A stretch of DNA of 63,013 nt, counting the filler, from Actinomycetota bacterium (GTDB taxonomy: Bacteria; Actinomycetota; Acidimicrobiia; IMCC26256; VFJJ01), in NCBI GenBank assembly GCA_009886115.1. It is 4 parts of 4 records of this genome, joined end to end, with 100 filler letters (N's around TTAATTAATTAA, not from the genome) between each part and the next. Parts side by side here need not be neighbours in the genome. Positions count along the whole stretch, not along the records: positions 42,242 to 59,489 come from VFJJ01000212.1; 3 more parts are not named here. One strand, written 5' to 3'. The notes below the pieces were generated by a model that saw nothing but the letters and a program-made list of their open reading frames with translations, made no database searches and was not told the DNA's origin. Numbering within the stretch: the stretch's first letter is position 1; the number at the start of each line of letters is the position of its first letter. The translations under genes were made by a program, and so were the position numbers. Shown in pieces: positions 46,085 to 55,760 of the stretch.

Positions 46085-47028
46085 GGCGACGGGTCTCCGC
46101 CGATCGATCCCGCAGCAGCAGCCCGGCGCAACCGATCGGCGACCGCGGCTCCCAGCCCATCCTCGGGAGGCAGCACGGCCAGCACCACGTCGGCGCCAGC
46201 GGCATCGGCCTCGCGCAGGCGGGCGTAGAGATGCGCAGCCTCGACCCCGGCCAGCACCACGACACGTCGCCCGGCGTCGGTGAGCTCGGCCCGGCGTCGG
46301 GTGAGGTCGTCGGCGTCGACGATCTCGACCCGCGCGTCGGGCGCATAGTGCGCCGGTAGCGTTCCCGGCGCTCCACCCGAGGTGGTCGCGACCTCGACCC
46401 GACGTCCGAGCATGGCCTCCACACCCTCGCGGGGGATGCCGCCCGTGCGGAGGATGCGGACGTCGCCCATGGTGCAGTCGACGATCGTCGATTCCACGCC
46501 GATCGCGCACGGGCCGCCGTCGAGCACGAGGTCGACGTCGGATCCGAGATCGTGCCGCACATGTGCTGCCGTCGTGGGCGAGACCCGTCCGAAGCGGTTC
46601 GCGGACGGTGCCGCGATGGCGCGTCCGAACGCTCGCAGGAGTGCGAGGGCGACCGGTTGGGCCGGGATCCGGAGCGCGACGGTGGGGCGACCGCCCGTGA
46701 CCGCATCGGCGCCCACGTCGGCTCGGCGGGCGACCACGAGCGTCAGCGGACCGGGCCAGAACACCCCCGCCAGCACGCGGGCCGCATCGGGGATGTCGCA
46801 GCCCCACTCGTCGAGCCCCGAGATCTCGGCGACGTGAACGATGACCGGATGGTCGACGGGTCGGCTCTTCACCCGGTACAGACGGGCGACTGCCGGCGCG
46901 CTCGACGCGTCGGCTCCGAGCCCGTACACGGTCTCAGTGGGGAAGGCGACCAGGCCACCCGAGCGAAGGATCTCCACCGCTCGCGTGAGCTCGGCGTCGC
47001 TGGGAACGGGCGCCGCGACCCGCGCCAC
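46081..47028 (-). CDS. sua5: Threonylcarbamoyl-AMP synthase, Sua5 type
   Basis: FPTETVYGLGA, FWPGPLT, APSAN, ESTIVD, PG..HYAP, DRLRRAA motifs. Confidence 0.93.
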   Translation of the reverse strand: MARVAAPVPSDAELTRAVEILRSGGLVAFPTETVYGLGADASSAPAVARLYRVKSRPVDHPVIVHVAEISGLDEWGCDIPDAARVLAGVFWPGPLTLVVARRADVGADAVTGGRPTVALRIPAQPVALALLRAFGRAIAAPSANRFGRVSPTTAAHVRHDLGSDVDLVLDGGPCAIGVESTIVDCTMGDVRILRTGGIPREGVEAMLGRRVEVATTSGGAPGTLPAHYAPDARVEIVDADDLTRRRAELTDAGRRVVVLAGVEAAHLYARLREADAAGADVVLAVLPPEDGLGAAVADRLRRAAAAGSIGGDPSP

Positions 47029-47047
47029 TAGGTGCCCACGAGATCCA

Positions 47048-47986
47048 CTAGAAGAAGATGGTCGTGCTCGAGCGGGCGACGACCTCGTCGATGGGGTCGG
47101 TCCAGGCGCCGGTCGAGAGGTACTTCCAACCGCCGTCGGCGAGCAGGACGACGATCGTCCCCGACGTCATCTTCCGCGCCACCTTGACGGCGCCGGCGAC
47201 TGCAGCGCCTGAGGAGATGCCGCCGAAGATCCCGCAGATGTTCACCAGGTCCCGGGTGAACTCGATCGACTCCCCGAGTCGGACGATCCGCTTGCCGTCG
47301 AGCACGGTGGGGTCGAACACGGGCGGGACGTAGCCGTCGTCGAGGCTGCGCAGACCCTGCACGATCTCGCCCGAGGGCGGCTCGACGGCCACGATCTGCA
47401 CGCCGGGCTTGCGCTCCTTGAGGTAGCGGCCCACACCCATGAGCGTGCCGGTCGTACCCAGACCCGACACGAAGACGTCGATCTCGGGACAGTCGCGCCA
47501 GATCTCCGGGCCCGTACCCTCGTAGTGCGCCAGCGGGTTGGCCGCGTTGGCGTACTGGTACAAGAACACGTACTCGGGGTGCTCGGCCGCGATGGCCTGA
47601 GCCATGCGGATCCCGCCGTTGGAGCCTTCCTCACCGGGCGAGAGGATCACCTCGGCGCCGAAGATCTCGAGGAGCTGACGGCGCTCGATCGAGACGTTCT
47701 CGGGCATCACGATCTTCAGGCGATAGCCCTTGACGCGACACACCATCGCCAGGCCGATGCCGGTGTTGCCCGACGACGGCTCGAGGATCGTCGCCCCCGG
47801 GGTGAGGAGACCGTCGCGCTCGGCCTGAACGATCATGCGCAGCGCGATGCGGTCCTTGACCGAGCCCCCTGGGTTCTGGCCCTCGAGCTTGGCGTAGATG
47901 CGCACCGCCGGGTTGGGCGAGAGGGCGTGGATCCCGACCAGAGGCGTGTTGCCGATGAGGTCGAGGACGGACTCGTAGCGGGTCAT
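47048..47986 (-). CDS. cysM: PLP-dependent cysteine synthase, CysO-dependent type
   Basis: NPGGSVKDR, SSGNTG, GLGTTGT, DGGWKYLSTG motifs; adjacent to cysO and mec. Confidence 0.92.
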   Translation of the reverse strand: MTRYESVLDLIGNTPLVGIHALSPNPAVRIYAKLEGQNPGGSVKDRIALRMIVQAERDGLLTPGATILEPSSGNTGIGLAMVCRVKGYRLKIVMPENVSIERRQLLEIFGAEVILSPGEEGSNGGIRMAQAIAAEHPEYVFLYQYANAANPLAHYEGTGPEIWRDCPEIDVFVSGLGTTGTLMGVGRYLKERKPGVQIVAVEPPSGEIVQGLRSLDDGYVPPVFDPTVLDGKRIVRLGESIEFTRDLVNICGIFGGISSGAAVAGAVKVARKMTSGTIVVLLADGGWKYLSTGAWTDPIDEVVARSSTTIFF

Positions 47987-48019
47987 GGGGACGAGATCAC
48001 ACCGGTCGAGGGCGCCGGC

Positions 48020-48298
48020 TCAGCCGCCGGCGACCGCGGGCAGGATCGACACGTCGTCGCCCGCGACGACCGCCGTGTCGAGCTGGCCGAGGTAGCGGAT
48101 GTCCTCGTCGTTCACGTACACGTTGACGAAACGGTGCAGCGTGCCGTCGTCGGAGATGAGGTAGTTGCGCAGCCCCGGATACTGACGCACCAGGTCGGCG
48201 AAGAGTTCGCCGACCGTGTCGCCGTCGCCGGTGACAGTGACGGCGTTGCCGGCGTGCTGACGCACGACGGTGGGGAGACGGACTTCGAACGACGGCAC
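48020..48298 (-). CDS. cysO: Sulfur carrier protein CysO
   Basis: RFVNVYVNDEDIR..ILPAVAGG; GTG start with GGAGG RBS. Confidence 0.9.
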   Translation of the reverse strand: MPSFEVRLPTVVRQHAGNAVTVTGDGDTVGELFADLVRQYPGLRNYLISDDGTLHRFVNVYVNDEDIRYLGQLDTAVVAGDDVSILPAVAGG

Positions 48299-48491
48299 TC
48301 GGTTCCTCCCGGAGCGGGCGATCACACCAAGCCAGATGGTGGATGCCGGTAGCAACCAATCTACAAGGCGGCCTGTTCCCCATCCCGTTCCGTGCGCCAG
48401 CCTGCTCGGCCCATCGGCCGTTCCGGCCGGATTCGGCGGGATGCGCAGGGTGTCGCTCAGGGGCCGCGGTGGGACCGGGAGTCGGGAGGAA

Positions 48492-48917
48492 TCAGGCGTC
48501 GGTGAGCACGACGGGAACCTCGTGGATGACCTGATCGACGATGTGGTAGGCCCGCACCTCGGGGTCGCCGTGGCGCAGCCCCACGATCACGTACCACCAG
48601 TTGGGGTCGACCGCCTGGCGCACGTCGGTCGCCGACGGGTAGGCGTCGGTGTGGGTGTGGGAGTGGTACACGCCGACGACATCGAGGTCGAGCTTGGCGG
48701 CCTCGCGCATGGCCCGGAGCTGGTCCTTGGAATCGATGGTGTAGGTGCGAGCCGAGGCGTCGGCGTTCCGGCACGGGTACACCGCATCGACCCCACCGCT
48801 CGGCCGGCCGTCGGCGCTCACGGGACCAGCCAGGAGCCCGCAGGCCTCGTCGGGTACGCCGCCGAGACAGTCGGCCACCATCTGCAGGTAGGCCCGGCGG
48901 GGCAGCAGCAGCATCAC
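48492..48917 (-). CDS. mec: JAB/MPN (M67) CysO-cysteine peptidase
   Basis: PDEACGLL and YHSHTHTDAYPSATD (JAMM) motifs. Confidence 0.92.
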   Translation of the reverse strand: MMLLLPRRAYLQMVADCLGGVPDEACGLLAGPVSADGRPSGGVDAVYPCRNADASARTYTIDSKDQLRAMREAAKLDLDVVGVYHSHTHTDAYPSATDVRQAVDPNWWYVIVGLRHGDPEVRAYHIVDQVIHEVPVVLTDA

Positions 48918-51322
48918 GAGCCGGTGGGGGTGGCGGCGGTGGCGGTGGGGGGCCCGGCCGCCGTTGCCGCTGCGTCGCGGATCGCCTGCCAGACCTTGTT
49001 CGGCGTGCACGGCATGTCGATGTGGGAGACCCCGAGATGGGCGAGCGCGTCGACGACCGCGTTGTGGACGGCGGGCATCGAGCCGATCGTGCCCGACTCC
49101 CCGATGCCCTTGGCCCCCAAGGGATTGAGAGGCGTCGGAGTTTCGGTGTTCGACGTCTCGAACGATGGCAGCTCGGCGGCCGAGGGCATCGAGTAGTCGA
49201 CGAGCGACGCCGTGAGCGGGTTGCCGTCGGCGTCGTAGACCATCTCTTCGAACAACGCCTGGGCGATTCCCGACGCGATGCCGCCGTGCTGCTGGCCGGT
49301 CACCAGCAGCGGGTTGACGATCGTGCCGCAGTCGTCGACGGCGATGTGACGCACCAACGTGACCGCACCTGTCTCCACGTCGATCTCGACGACGGCCACG
49401 TGGGTGCCGAACGGGAACGTCGATCCCTTCTGCACGAAGTCGCTCGTCGCGGCCAGGGCGTCGGCGTCGTGGTGGGCCAGGTCGGCCCAGCTGATGGCCC
49501 GGGCGGGCACGCCCCGGACGGCGAACCGTCCGCCGGGAAGCACCTCGATGTCGCTCTCGGGCGCCTCGAGCATCTGGGCCGCGAGACGGCGGGCCTGATC
49601 GACGACCTGACCGCTGGCCACGTGCACGCTCGATCCGCCGATCTGCGTCGACCGGGATGCGAACGTGCCCACCCCGCGCTCCACCGTGGCCGTGTCGCCT
49701 TGAACGATCGTGACCGCCTCGAAGGGAACGTCGAGCGCCGCAGCGGCGATCTGGGCGAACGAGGTGGCGTGGCCCTGCCCGTGCGACGACGATCCCGACC
49801 GCACGGTCACGGCTACGCCGCCAGGAACCTCGGCGTCGGGCCGCATGCTGACGCCGGCGAACTCGGTGCCCCCGTTGGCCGCTGTGACCTCGACGTAGGT
49901 CGAGACGCCGATACCGAGCAGCGGTGCATGGCCCCCGGATCGCCGGCGTGCCTGCTCGGCTCGCAGCTCGCCGTACCCCGCGGCGGCGAGGGCCGCGTCG
50001 AGCGTCGCTTCGTAGTCGCCGCTGTCGTAGACCGCGCCGGTGGGCGTGGTGTGGGGGAAGGCCCCGATGAGGTTGCGGCGGCGGAGCTCGACCGGGTCGA
50101 TCGCCAGCTCGGCCGCCATCATGTCGACGACCCGCTCGATCATCGCCGCGGCCTCGGGCCGGCCCGCGCCCCGGAACGCCGTGGGCACCGCGGTGTTCGT
50201 GGCGACGGTGATCGTCGAGCACTCGAGCTTCGGGATCTGGTACACCCCCGACGCCATGAGCCGGGTCATCATCACCAGGAAGCAGTTGATCGCCGGGTAC
50301 GCGCCCCCGTCGGCGATGACGTGGGCCCGCAACGCCGTGAACGTGCCGTCGCGTCGCGCCCCGAGCTCGACGTGTTGCACCTGGGCCCGGGCGTGCATGC
50401 CCACGAGGTTCTCGGAGCGGCTCTGCAGCCAGCGCACGGGCCGGCCCAGATGGCGAGCGGCGTGCAGCACGACGTGGAACTCCATGTCGCTGCCGCCCTT
50501 GGCCCCGAAGCCTCCGCCCACGGCCGGGGCGATCACCCGGATGCGCTCGGGGGCCAGCCCCGCCGCCCCGGCGAGCGCGCCCCGCACCCCATGGGCGCTC
50601 TGGGTCGAGGCCCAGACCGTGAACTCCCCTTCTTTGTGGCCAGGGTCACTCCCAGAGCCTGGTGAGCCACAAAGAAGCGGGTCGGGGCCGGGGTCGGGGC
50701 CGGGGTCGATGGTGACGGCCCAGGGCTCCATGGGCATGACGGCGATGCGCTGGTTCACGAACCGGGCTGCGACCACCACGTCGGCATCGGCGAACAGGTC
50801 GGGATCGGCAACCGCGGGGATCGCCGTCGCCTGGTTCGTGCCCAGTTCGGGGAACAGAAGCGGCGCGCCGTCGTCGAGGGCCGCCTCGATGTCGACGACG
50901 ACGGGCAACGGGTCGTAGTCGACCACGATCTGCTCGGCCGCGTCGTGGGCCTGTTCGGCGGTCTCGGCCACGACGGCGGCAACGAGCTCGCCGACGAAGC
51001 GGACCGTGTCGGTCGCCAGCACCGGTCGGGCCATGGCTGCGGGAACACCCAGGGCGCCCATCATGTTGATCGGAGCGATCGGGAACCCGTCGCCCGTGTA
51101 GATGGCGAGCACGCCGGGCAGCTCCTGGGCCGCGGCCGTGTCGACGGACAGGATCCGGGCGTGAGCGACCGTGGAGCGGACGAAGCTCACGTGGCACAGA
51201 CCCGGGAGCTCGATGTCGCCGGTGTACCGGCTGGCGCCGGTGATGAAACCCGGATCCTCGACCCGGCGGACCGAGGTGCCGAGGATCGAGGTGCCGGCGA
51301 TCGTGGTCGCTCGCATGTTCAC
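48914..51322 (-). CDS. Xanthine dehydrogenase family molybdopterin-binding large subunit (form II CoxL-like)
   Basis: RRVED, VGGGFGAK, AFRGAGRPEA, HGQGH, GAKGIGESG motifs. Confidence 0.9.
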   Translation of the reverse strand: MNMRATTIAGTSILGTSVRRVEDPGFITGASRYTGDIELPGLCHVSFVRSTVAHARILSVDTAAAQELPGVLAIYTGDGFPIAPINMMGALGVPAAMARPVLATDTVRFVGELVAAVVAETAEQAHDAAEQIVVDYDPLPVVVDIEAALDDGAPLLFPELGTNQATAIPAVADPDLFADADVVVAARFVNQRIAVMPMEPWAVTIDPGPDPGPDPLLCGSPGSGSDPGHKEGEFTVWASTQSAHGVRGALAGAAGLAPERIRVIAPAVGGGFGAKGGSDMEFHVVLHAARHLGRPVRWLQSRSENLVGMHARAQVQHVELGARRDGTFTALRAHVIADGGAYPAINCFLVMMTRLMASGVYQIPKLECSTITVATNTAVPTAFRGAGRPEAAAMIERVVDMMAAELAIDPVELRRRNLIGAFPHTTPTGAVYDSGDYEATLDAALAAAGYGELRAEQARRRSGGHAPLLGIGVSTYVEVTAANGGTEFAGVSMRPDAEVPGGVAVTVRSGSSSHGQGHATSFAQIAAAALDVPFEAVTIVQGDTATVERGVGTFASRSTQIGGSSVHVASGQVVDQARRLAAQMLEAPESDIEVLPGGRFAVRGVPARAISWADLAHHDADALAATSDFVQKGSTFPFGTHVAVVEIDVETGAVTLVRHIAVDDCGTIVNPLLVTGQQHGGIASGIAQALFEEMVYDADGNPLTASLVDYSMPSAAELPSFETSNTETPTPLNPLGAKGIGESGTIGSMPAVHNAVVDALAHLGVSHIDMPCTPNKVWQAIRDAAATAAGPPTATAATPTGS

Positions 51323-51355
51323 GGACCGTTGTCTACACGAGGTGCGGACGACCGG

Positions 51356-52156
51356 TCACAGGGTGCCGTAGGGGAACTTGGCGCTCACACCGCCGTCGAC
51401 CACGATCGTGTGGCCCGTGATCCACTGGGCCAGGTCGCTCGACAAGAACAGTGCGGCGCCAGCGATGTCGGACGGGAGACCCATCCGACCCAACGGAGCG
51501 TTGGCGTCATTGGACTTCCTGCGCTCCGCGTCGAACGCGATCTCCATGCGAGGGGTGAGGATCGAACCCGGAGCCACCGCGTTGGCCCGTACCCCGTAGG
51601 GAGCGAGCTCGATGGCCGCCGAGCGCATCCACGCCATCAGCCCGGCCTTCATGGCGCCATAGGCGGCATGGCGTGGCGCCGAGGTGAAACCCGAGACCGA
51701 CGCGATGAACACCATCGAGCCGCCACCACCGGCGTCCTTGAAGTGCCGTCCGAAGAGCTGCGACAGCAGGTACGCATGGCGCAGGCAGATGTCGATCTCC
51801 CAGTCGAAGGTCTCGTCGCTGAGGTCGAGCAGGTCCTCGAAGCGGGCCATGCCGATGATGTCGACGAAACCGTGGATACGTCCACCGACGAGCGCCTGCG
51901 CGTCGACGACGAGACGCTCGACGTCTTCGCGCTTGGTGGCGTCGCCCGACCAGGCGAAGCCGCCGCACTCGTCGGCGATCTCCTTGGCCCGCTCAGCCTC
52001 GAGGTCGACGCAGACGACCCGGGCTCCGTTCTGGCGCAGCGCATGCGACGTCTGACGGCCCATGCCCTGCCCGGCCCCCACGACCACGAAGTTCCGGTCG
52101 GCGAAGCTCAGGCGGGACGGGTAGTCGGGGACGGGCTGGATGTCGGTGGAAACCAC
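51356..52156 (-). CDS. Short-chain dehydrogenase/reductase
   Basis: GAGQGMG, YGAMK, NAVAPG, VDGG motifs. Confidence 0.92.
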   Translation of the reverse strand: MVSTDIQPVPDYPSRLSFADRNFVVVGAGQGMGRQTSHALRQNGARVVCVDLEAERAKEIADECGGFAWSGDATKREDVERLVVDAQALVGGRIHGFVDIIGMARFEDLLDLSDETFDWEIDICLRHAYLLSQLFGRHFKDAGGGGSMVFIASVSGFTSAPRHAAYGAMKAGLMAWMRSAAIELAPYGVRANAVAPGSILTPRMEIAFDAERRKSNDANAPLGRMGLPSDIAGAALFLSSDLAQWITGHTIVVDGGVSAKFPYGTL

Positions 52157-52169
52157 TGGTGCCCCTGGG

Positions 52170-53291
52170 TCAGTCGCGCTTGACGGCGTACTTCTCGAGC
52201 TCGGGCAGCACTTCCTTGCCGAGCAACTCGATCGATCGTTTGATCGAATCGTTCTGGAGGTACCCGAACTGGCTGTAGCAGATGAGCTGGTCGACGCCGA
52301 GGTCGGCGTAGTGCTTGAGCTTGTTGAAACACTCCTCGGGGGTGCCCACGATGATCATGTCAGCCTGGTCGAAGTGCTCGATCGGGATGTCGCCGGCCAT
52401 CAGCGGCTGCAGGAGCGGGAACATCACGTCCTGCTCCGCCTGGTTCAGGTGCGGGAGCTCCCAGTCGAGGGTGAACTGTGCGATGTTCTGATACCACCAG
52501 CCGACCGAGGCCCAGATCCCGTTGTCGATGGCCTTTTCCTTGGTCTCGGCACAGTGCACGAGCGTGTACGCAGCCACCTTGTTGGTGTGGACCCGGGTGA
52601 CCGGCACGGCGGTCTTCTGGGCCTCCCGATACGCCGCGATGTGGGCACGCATCTTCTCGAGCGGCTGCATGATCGAGAACGACAGGAGCCCCAGGCCCTT
52701 GCTGCCGGCGATGGCGGCCGAGTCGTCGGACGTGGCGGCCATCCAGCACGGCGGGTGCGGGTCCTGGTACGGCTTGGGGGTCACCATGCGCCGGGGGAAG
52801 TTGAACGTGGGGCTGTCCCACTCGAAGTACTCGTCCTCCCACATCTTCACGATGATCTGGATCGCCTCTTCCCACTCCAGACGAGACTTGGCCCGGTCGA
52901 CGTGGAAGGCCGTCTGCTCCATCGGCGTCGAACGACCCGTCCCCCACTCCACCCGACCGCGGCTGAGCACGTCGGCGGTGGCCACCTTCTCGGCGACACG
53001 GGCCGGGTGCGTGAAACCGAACGGGAGCAGCGTGACGCCAAATCCCAACCGCAGGTTCTCGGTGGCCTGGGTGAGCGCACCGATCAGCACCTCGGGCGCC
53101 GGGTTGTGGCTTCGACCCTCACGGAAGTGGTGCTCGACGAACCAGGCCGTGTTGAAGCCGACCTTGTCGGCCACCTTCAGTTGATCGATGGCGTCGTAGA
53201 ACGCCCGCTGCTCTCCCGCCCTTTGCCCGTAAGGGTGCGGGCCGTTCCACGGGCGGGGGTTGTCGACTTCGTACAGCAGATCCAGCTTCAT
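52170..53291 (-). CDS. Luciferase-like (LLM) flavin-dependent oxidoreductase
   Basis: WFVEHHF, HPARVAEKVATADVLSRGR, PKPYQDPHPP motifs. Confidence 0.92.
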   Translation of the reverse strand: MKLDLLYEVDNPRPWNGPHPYGQRAGEQRAFYDAIDQLKVADKVGFNTAWFVEHHFREGRSHNPAPEVLIGALTQATENLRLGFGVTLLPFGFTHPARVAEKVATADVLSRGRVEWGTGRSTPMEQTAFHVDRAKSRLEWEEAIQIIVKMWEDEYFEWDSPTFNFPRRMVTPKPYQDPHPPCWMAATSDDSAAIAGSKGLGLLSFSIMQPLEKMRAHIAAYREAQKTAVPVTRVHTNKVAAYTLVHCAETKEKAIDNGIWASVGWWYQNIAQFTLDWELPHLNQAEQDVMFPLLQPLMAGDIPIEHFDQADMIIVGTPEECFNKLKHYADLGVDQLICYSQFGYLQNDSIKRSIELLGKEVLPELEKYAVKRD

Positions 53292-53432
53292 CGTGGCTTC
53301 TCCCATCGTCGGCGCCGGAGACTAGGTGCCTCGTTGCCGAACCCGCCAACGGCGTGTCACCCGGGCGGGTGGAGCGGTGCGTCTGTCTGGATGACTGACT
53401 GAGTCACACCCCCCAGCATCCAGGAGGCCGTC

Positions 53433-54077
53433 ATGCAGCTGTCCCTCACGTCCCCCCGCCGTCGGCTCGTCTCGCTCGTCGCCGTGGCCACCCTGGCCAC
53501 CGGCGGGCTCGTCGTGGCCGCCGAAGCCAGCGACGCCCACACCTTCCGCGGAGAAGCCACCATGCGCTCGGCCGACGGCACGCCGCTCGGCGTGGTGCGC
53601 TTCGAGCTGCACCGCAATCACACGCTCGTCCGGGTGCTCCTGTCCAAGGCACCGGCCGGCGCCGCGCTCGACGCCTTCCACGGCTTCCACATCCATGCCA
53701 ACAACAACCCTGCCAACGGCGACGGTTGCGCCGCCATTCCCACCGAACCGTCGTCGACGTGGTTCGTCTCCGCCGATGGGCACTGGAGCCTTCCCGGTCA
53801 GACGCACAACAACCACCTCGGCGACATGCCGAGCGTGCTCATCAACCCCGACGGCGGCACCGAGATGACCTTCCTGACGGCCAAGATCGACCTCTCCCAG
53901 CTCCTCGGGAAGGCCGTCGTGCTCCACGCCCTGCCCGACAACTTCGCCAACATCCCCGTGGGCACGGCGTCGGGCCAGTACACGGCCGTCGACCAGGTGT
54001 CGCTCGACCGGACCGCGGCGACAGGCAACGCCGGCGACCGCATCGCCTGCGGCGTCATCGAGCGCCGAGGCCGCTGA
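53433..54077 (+). CDS. sodC: Exported Cu/Zn superoxide dismutase
   Basis: Signal peptide, HGFHIH, HLGDMP, LHALPDN, GNAGDRIACGVI motifs. Confidence 0.93.
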   Translation: MQLSLTSPRRRLVSLVAVATLATGGLVVAAEASDAHTFRGEATMRSADGTPLGVVRFELHRNHTLVRVLLSKAPAGAALDAFHGFHIHANNNPANGDGCAAIPTEPSSTWFVSADGHWSLPGQTHNNHLGDMPSVLINPDGGTEMTFLTAKIDLSQLLGKAVVLHALPDNFANIPVGTASGQYTAVDQVSLDRTAATGNAGDRIACGVIERRGR

Positions 54078-54173
54078 GGGCTCCGTCGGCACGGGCGATA
54101 CCAGCAACGAGCAGGTGCTGTTCGACACCCCAGCGGGGTGCTGCGACGGCTTGCTCTGAGGCACGTTTCCCTG

Positions 54174-54217
54174 AGTGGTCGTGCATTCGATCGCATGTGA
54201 TCGAATGCACGACCACT
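54174..54217. terminator. Long hairpin between convergent genes (bidirectional terminator or REP-like)
   Basis: AGTGGTCGTGCATTCGATC-GCATGT-GATCGAATGCACGACCACT, perfect 19-bp stem. Confidence 0.65.
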
Positions 54218-54257
54218 GCACGGCCGGGCTGTGGCGATGGGTGCCCTGTGGCCTCGC

Positions 54258-55760
54258 TCAGGTCCCGGCCGCGAGCTTGGCGCGAATGTCGTCGCGGAGC
54301 GCTCCCTTGGCGACCTTGCCGCCGCTCGAGCGGGGGAGGTCGCCGACCACGATCTCGAGACGCTCGGGCCAGGACTCCTTGCCCACGCCCCGCCCGTCCA
54401 GATGGGCGTTGAGCTCGTTCAGCGTGAGGCGGGCTGCCCCATCACCGCCCGCTCGCAGCACGACGTACGCGCAGACACGCTCGCCGAAGATGGGGTCGGG
54501 CATGGCCACGGCGGCCACCAGGGCGACCGCGGGATGGGTGGCGATCTCCTCCTCGACCTTGGGGGCACTGATGTTCTTGCCGCCGCGAATGATGATGTCG
54601 CTGGAGCGCCCGACCACGGTGAGCACGCCTCGATCGTCGAGGGTCGCGTAGTCGGCCATGAGCATCCACCCGTCAGCCGTGTACAGCTTGGCGTTGGCCT
54701 CGGGATCGTCGTAGTAGCCCAGGCACAGCGTGGGTCCGTTGGCCGCCGGGACGGCCGGACCGCCGGTGGCCGTCACGTCGTTCCCGGCGTCGTCGTAGAG
54801 CCGCACCTGCATCTCGGCGATGACGTGCCCGGCGGTGCGCAACCGGGTCTCACGATCGCTGCCGAGGCTCGTGCCCGACAGCACCCCCGTCTCGTTGGAG
54901 CCGTAGAAGTTGAGCACCACCGAGCCTGTGCGGTCCTCCCACTCGGCGGCCCGGTCGGGCGGGATCATCTCGCCGCCGGTGTACATGATCCGCAAGCGGT
55001 GGAGGTCGGCGTCGTCGAGCGCCCGCGAGTTGAGCATCATGATGAACTGGGTCGACACCGCCGCCAGCACGCTCACGCCGAAGCGCTCCAAGGCTGCGAT
55101 GCACGCCTCGGGCGTGAACCGCTCGAACACCACGCAGGACGCCCCCACGATCGCAGGCGTGAAGTGGCCCGTCCACAGGCCGAACCCGAAGGGGGCCGGC
55201 AGCGCCGAACAGAACACATCGGAACGGCTGAACGGCGAGGCCTCCATGGCGAAGCGATGGAACGCGAACCAGCGAGCCTGCTGGTGCATCACGCACTTCG
55301 GGAGCCCGGTGGTACCGGATGTGGAGTTGAGAAACCACAGCTCGTGGGGCCCGAAGGCCCGCTCAGGCGGAGCGGGGGGCGCCGACTCCCCGAGGCCCAG
55401 CAGCGCTTCCACGTCGTGATCTCGGAGGAGTGCCTCGGCGCCGGTGCGCCCGAGCAGATGGTCGACCTCCTGCGCGCCGGCCCGGGGCCCGATGCCCACG
55501 CCCACGACGCCGGCCTTCTCCAGCCCGACCATGACCGCGTGCACCATGGGCCCGTCGCTGATCTGCACACCGACCCGGGACCCACGGGCGTGGCCGCGCG
55601 CCACCAGAGCGGAGGCCACCAACTCGGAACGGTCGTGGTACTCCCGCCACGACATCGTGGTGCCGGAGCCGGCCTCCACGAACGCCAACCCGTCGGGCTG
55701 CTCGTCGGCGTTGCGGCTGACGACCCCGGCGAGCGTGGTGGGCGCGGTGGGCCCGCTCAT
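54258..55760 (-). CDS. Class I adenylate-forming enzyme (acyl/aryl-CoA ligase)
   Basis: STSGTTGLPK, YGSNE, GRSSDIIIRGGKNI, SSGGKV motifs. Confidence 0.9.
   Translation of the reverse strand: MSGPTAPTTLAGVVSRNADEQPDGLAFVEAGSGTTMSWREYHDRSELVASALVARGHARGSRVGVQISDGPMVHAVMVGLEKAGVVGVGIGPRAGAQEVDHLLGRTGAEALLRDHDVEALLGLGESAPPAPPERAFGPHELWFLNSTSGTTGLPKCVMHQQARWFAFHRFAMEASPFSRSDVFCSALPAPFGFGLWTGHFTPAIVGASCVVFERFTPEACIAALERFGVSVLAAVSTQFIMMLNSRALDDADLHRLRIMYTGGEMIPPDRAAEWEDRTGSVVLNFYGSNETGVLSGTSLGSDRETRLRTAGHVIAEMQVRLYDDAGNDVTATGGPAVPAANGPTLCLGYYDDPEANAKLYTADGWMLMADYATLDDRGVLTVVGRSSDIIIRGGKNISAPKVEEEIATHPAVALVAAVAMPDPIFGERVCAYVVLRAGGDGAARLTLNELNAHLDGRGVGKESWPERLEIVVGDLPRSSGGKVAKGALRDDIRAKLAAGT

Noticed and set aside
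48360..48480. c-di-AMP (ydaO) riboswitch-like CGCCGAATCC..GGAAC on the minus strand between mec and cysO
   Set aside because: The conserved 3' CCCGTCAGCTAAC segment is absent
48020..48917. Ubiquitin-like/JAB antiphage system (CBASS or Bil type)
   Set aside because: Context with cysM identifies the known CysO cysteine pathway; no E1, E2 or cyclase present
48914..51322. True aerobic CO dehydrogenase (form I)
   Set aside because: Lacks the AYXCSFR motif, and coxM, coxS and accessory genes are not adjacent
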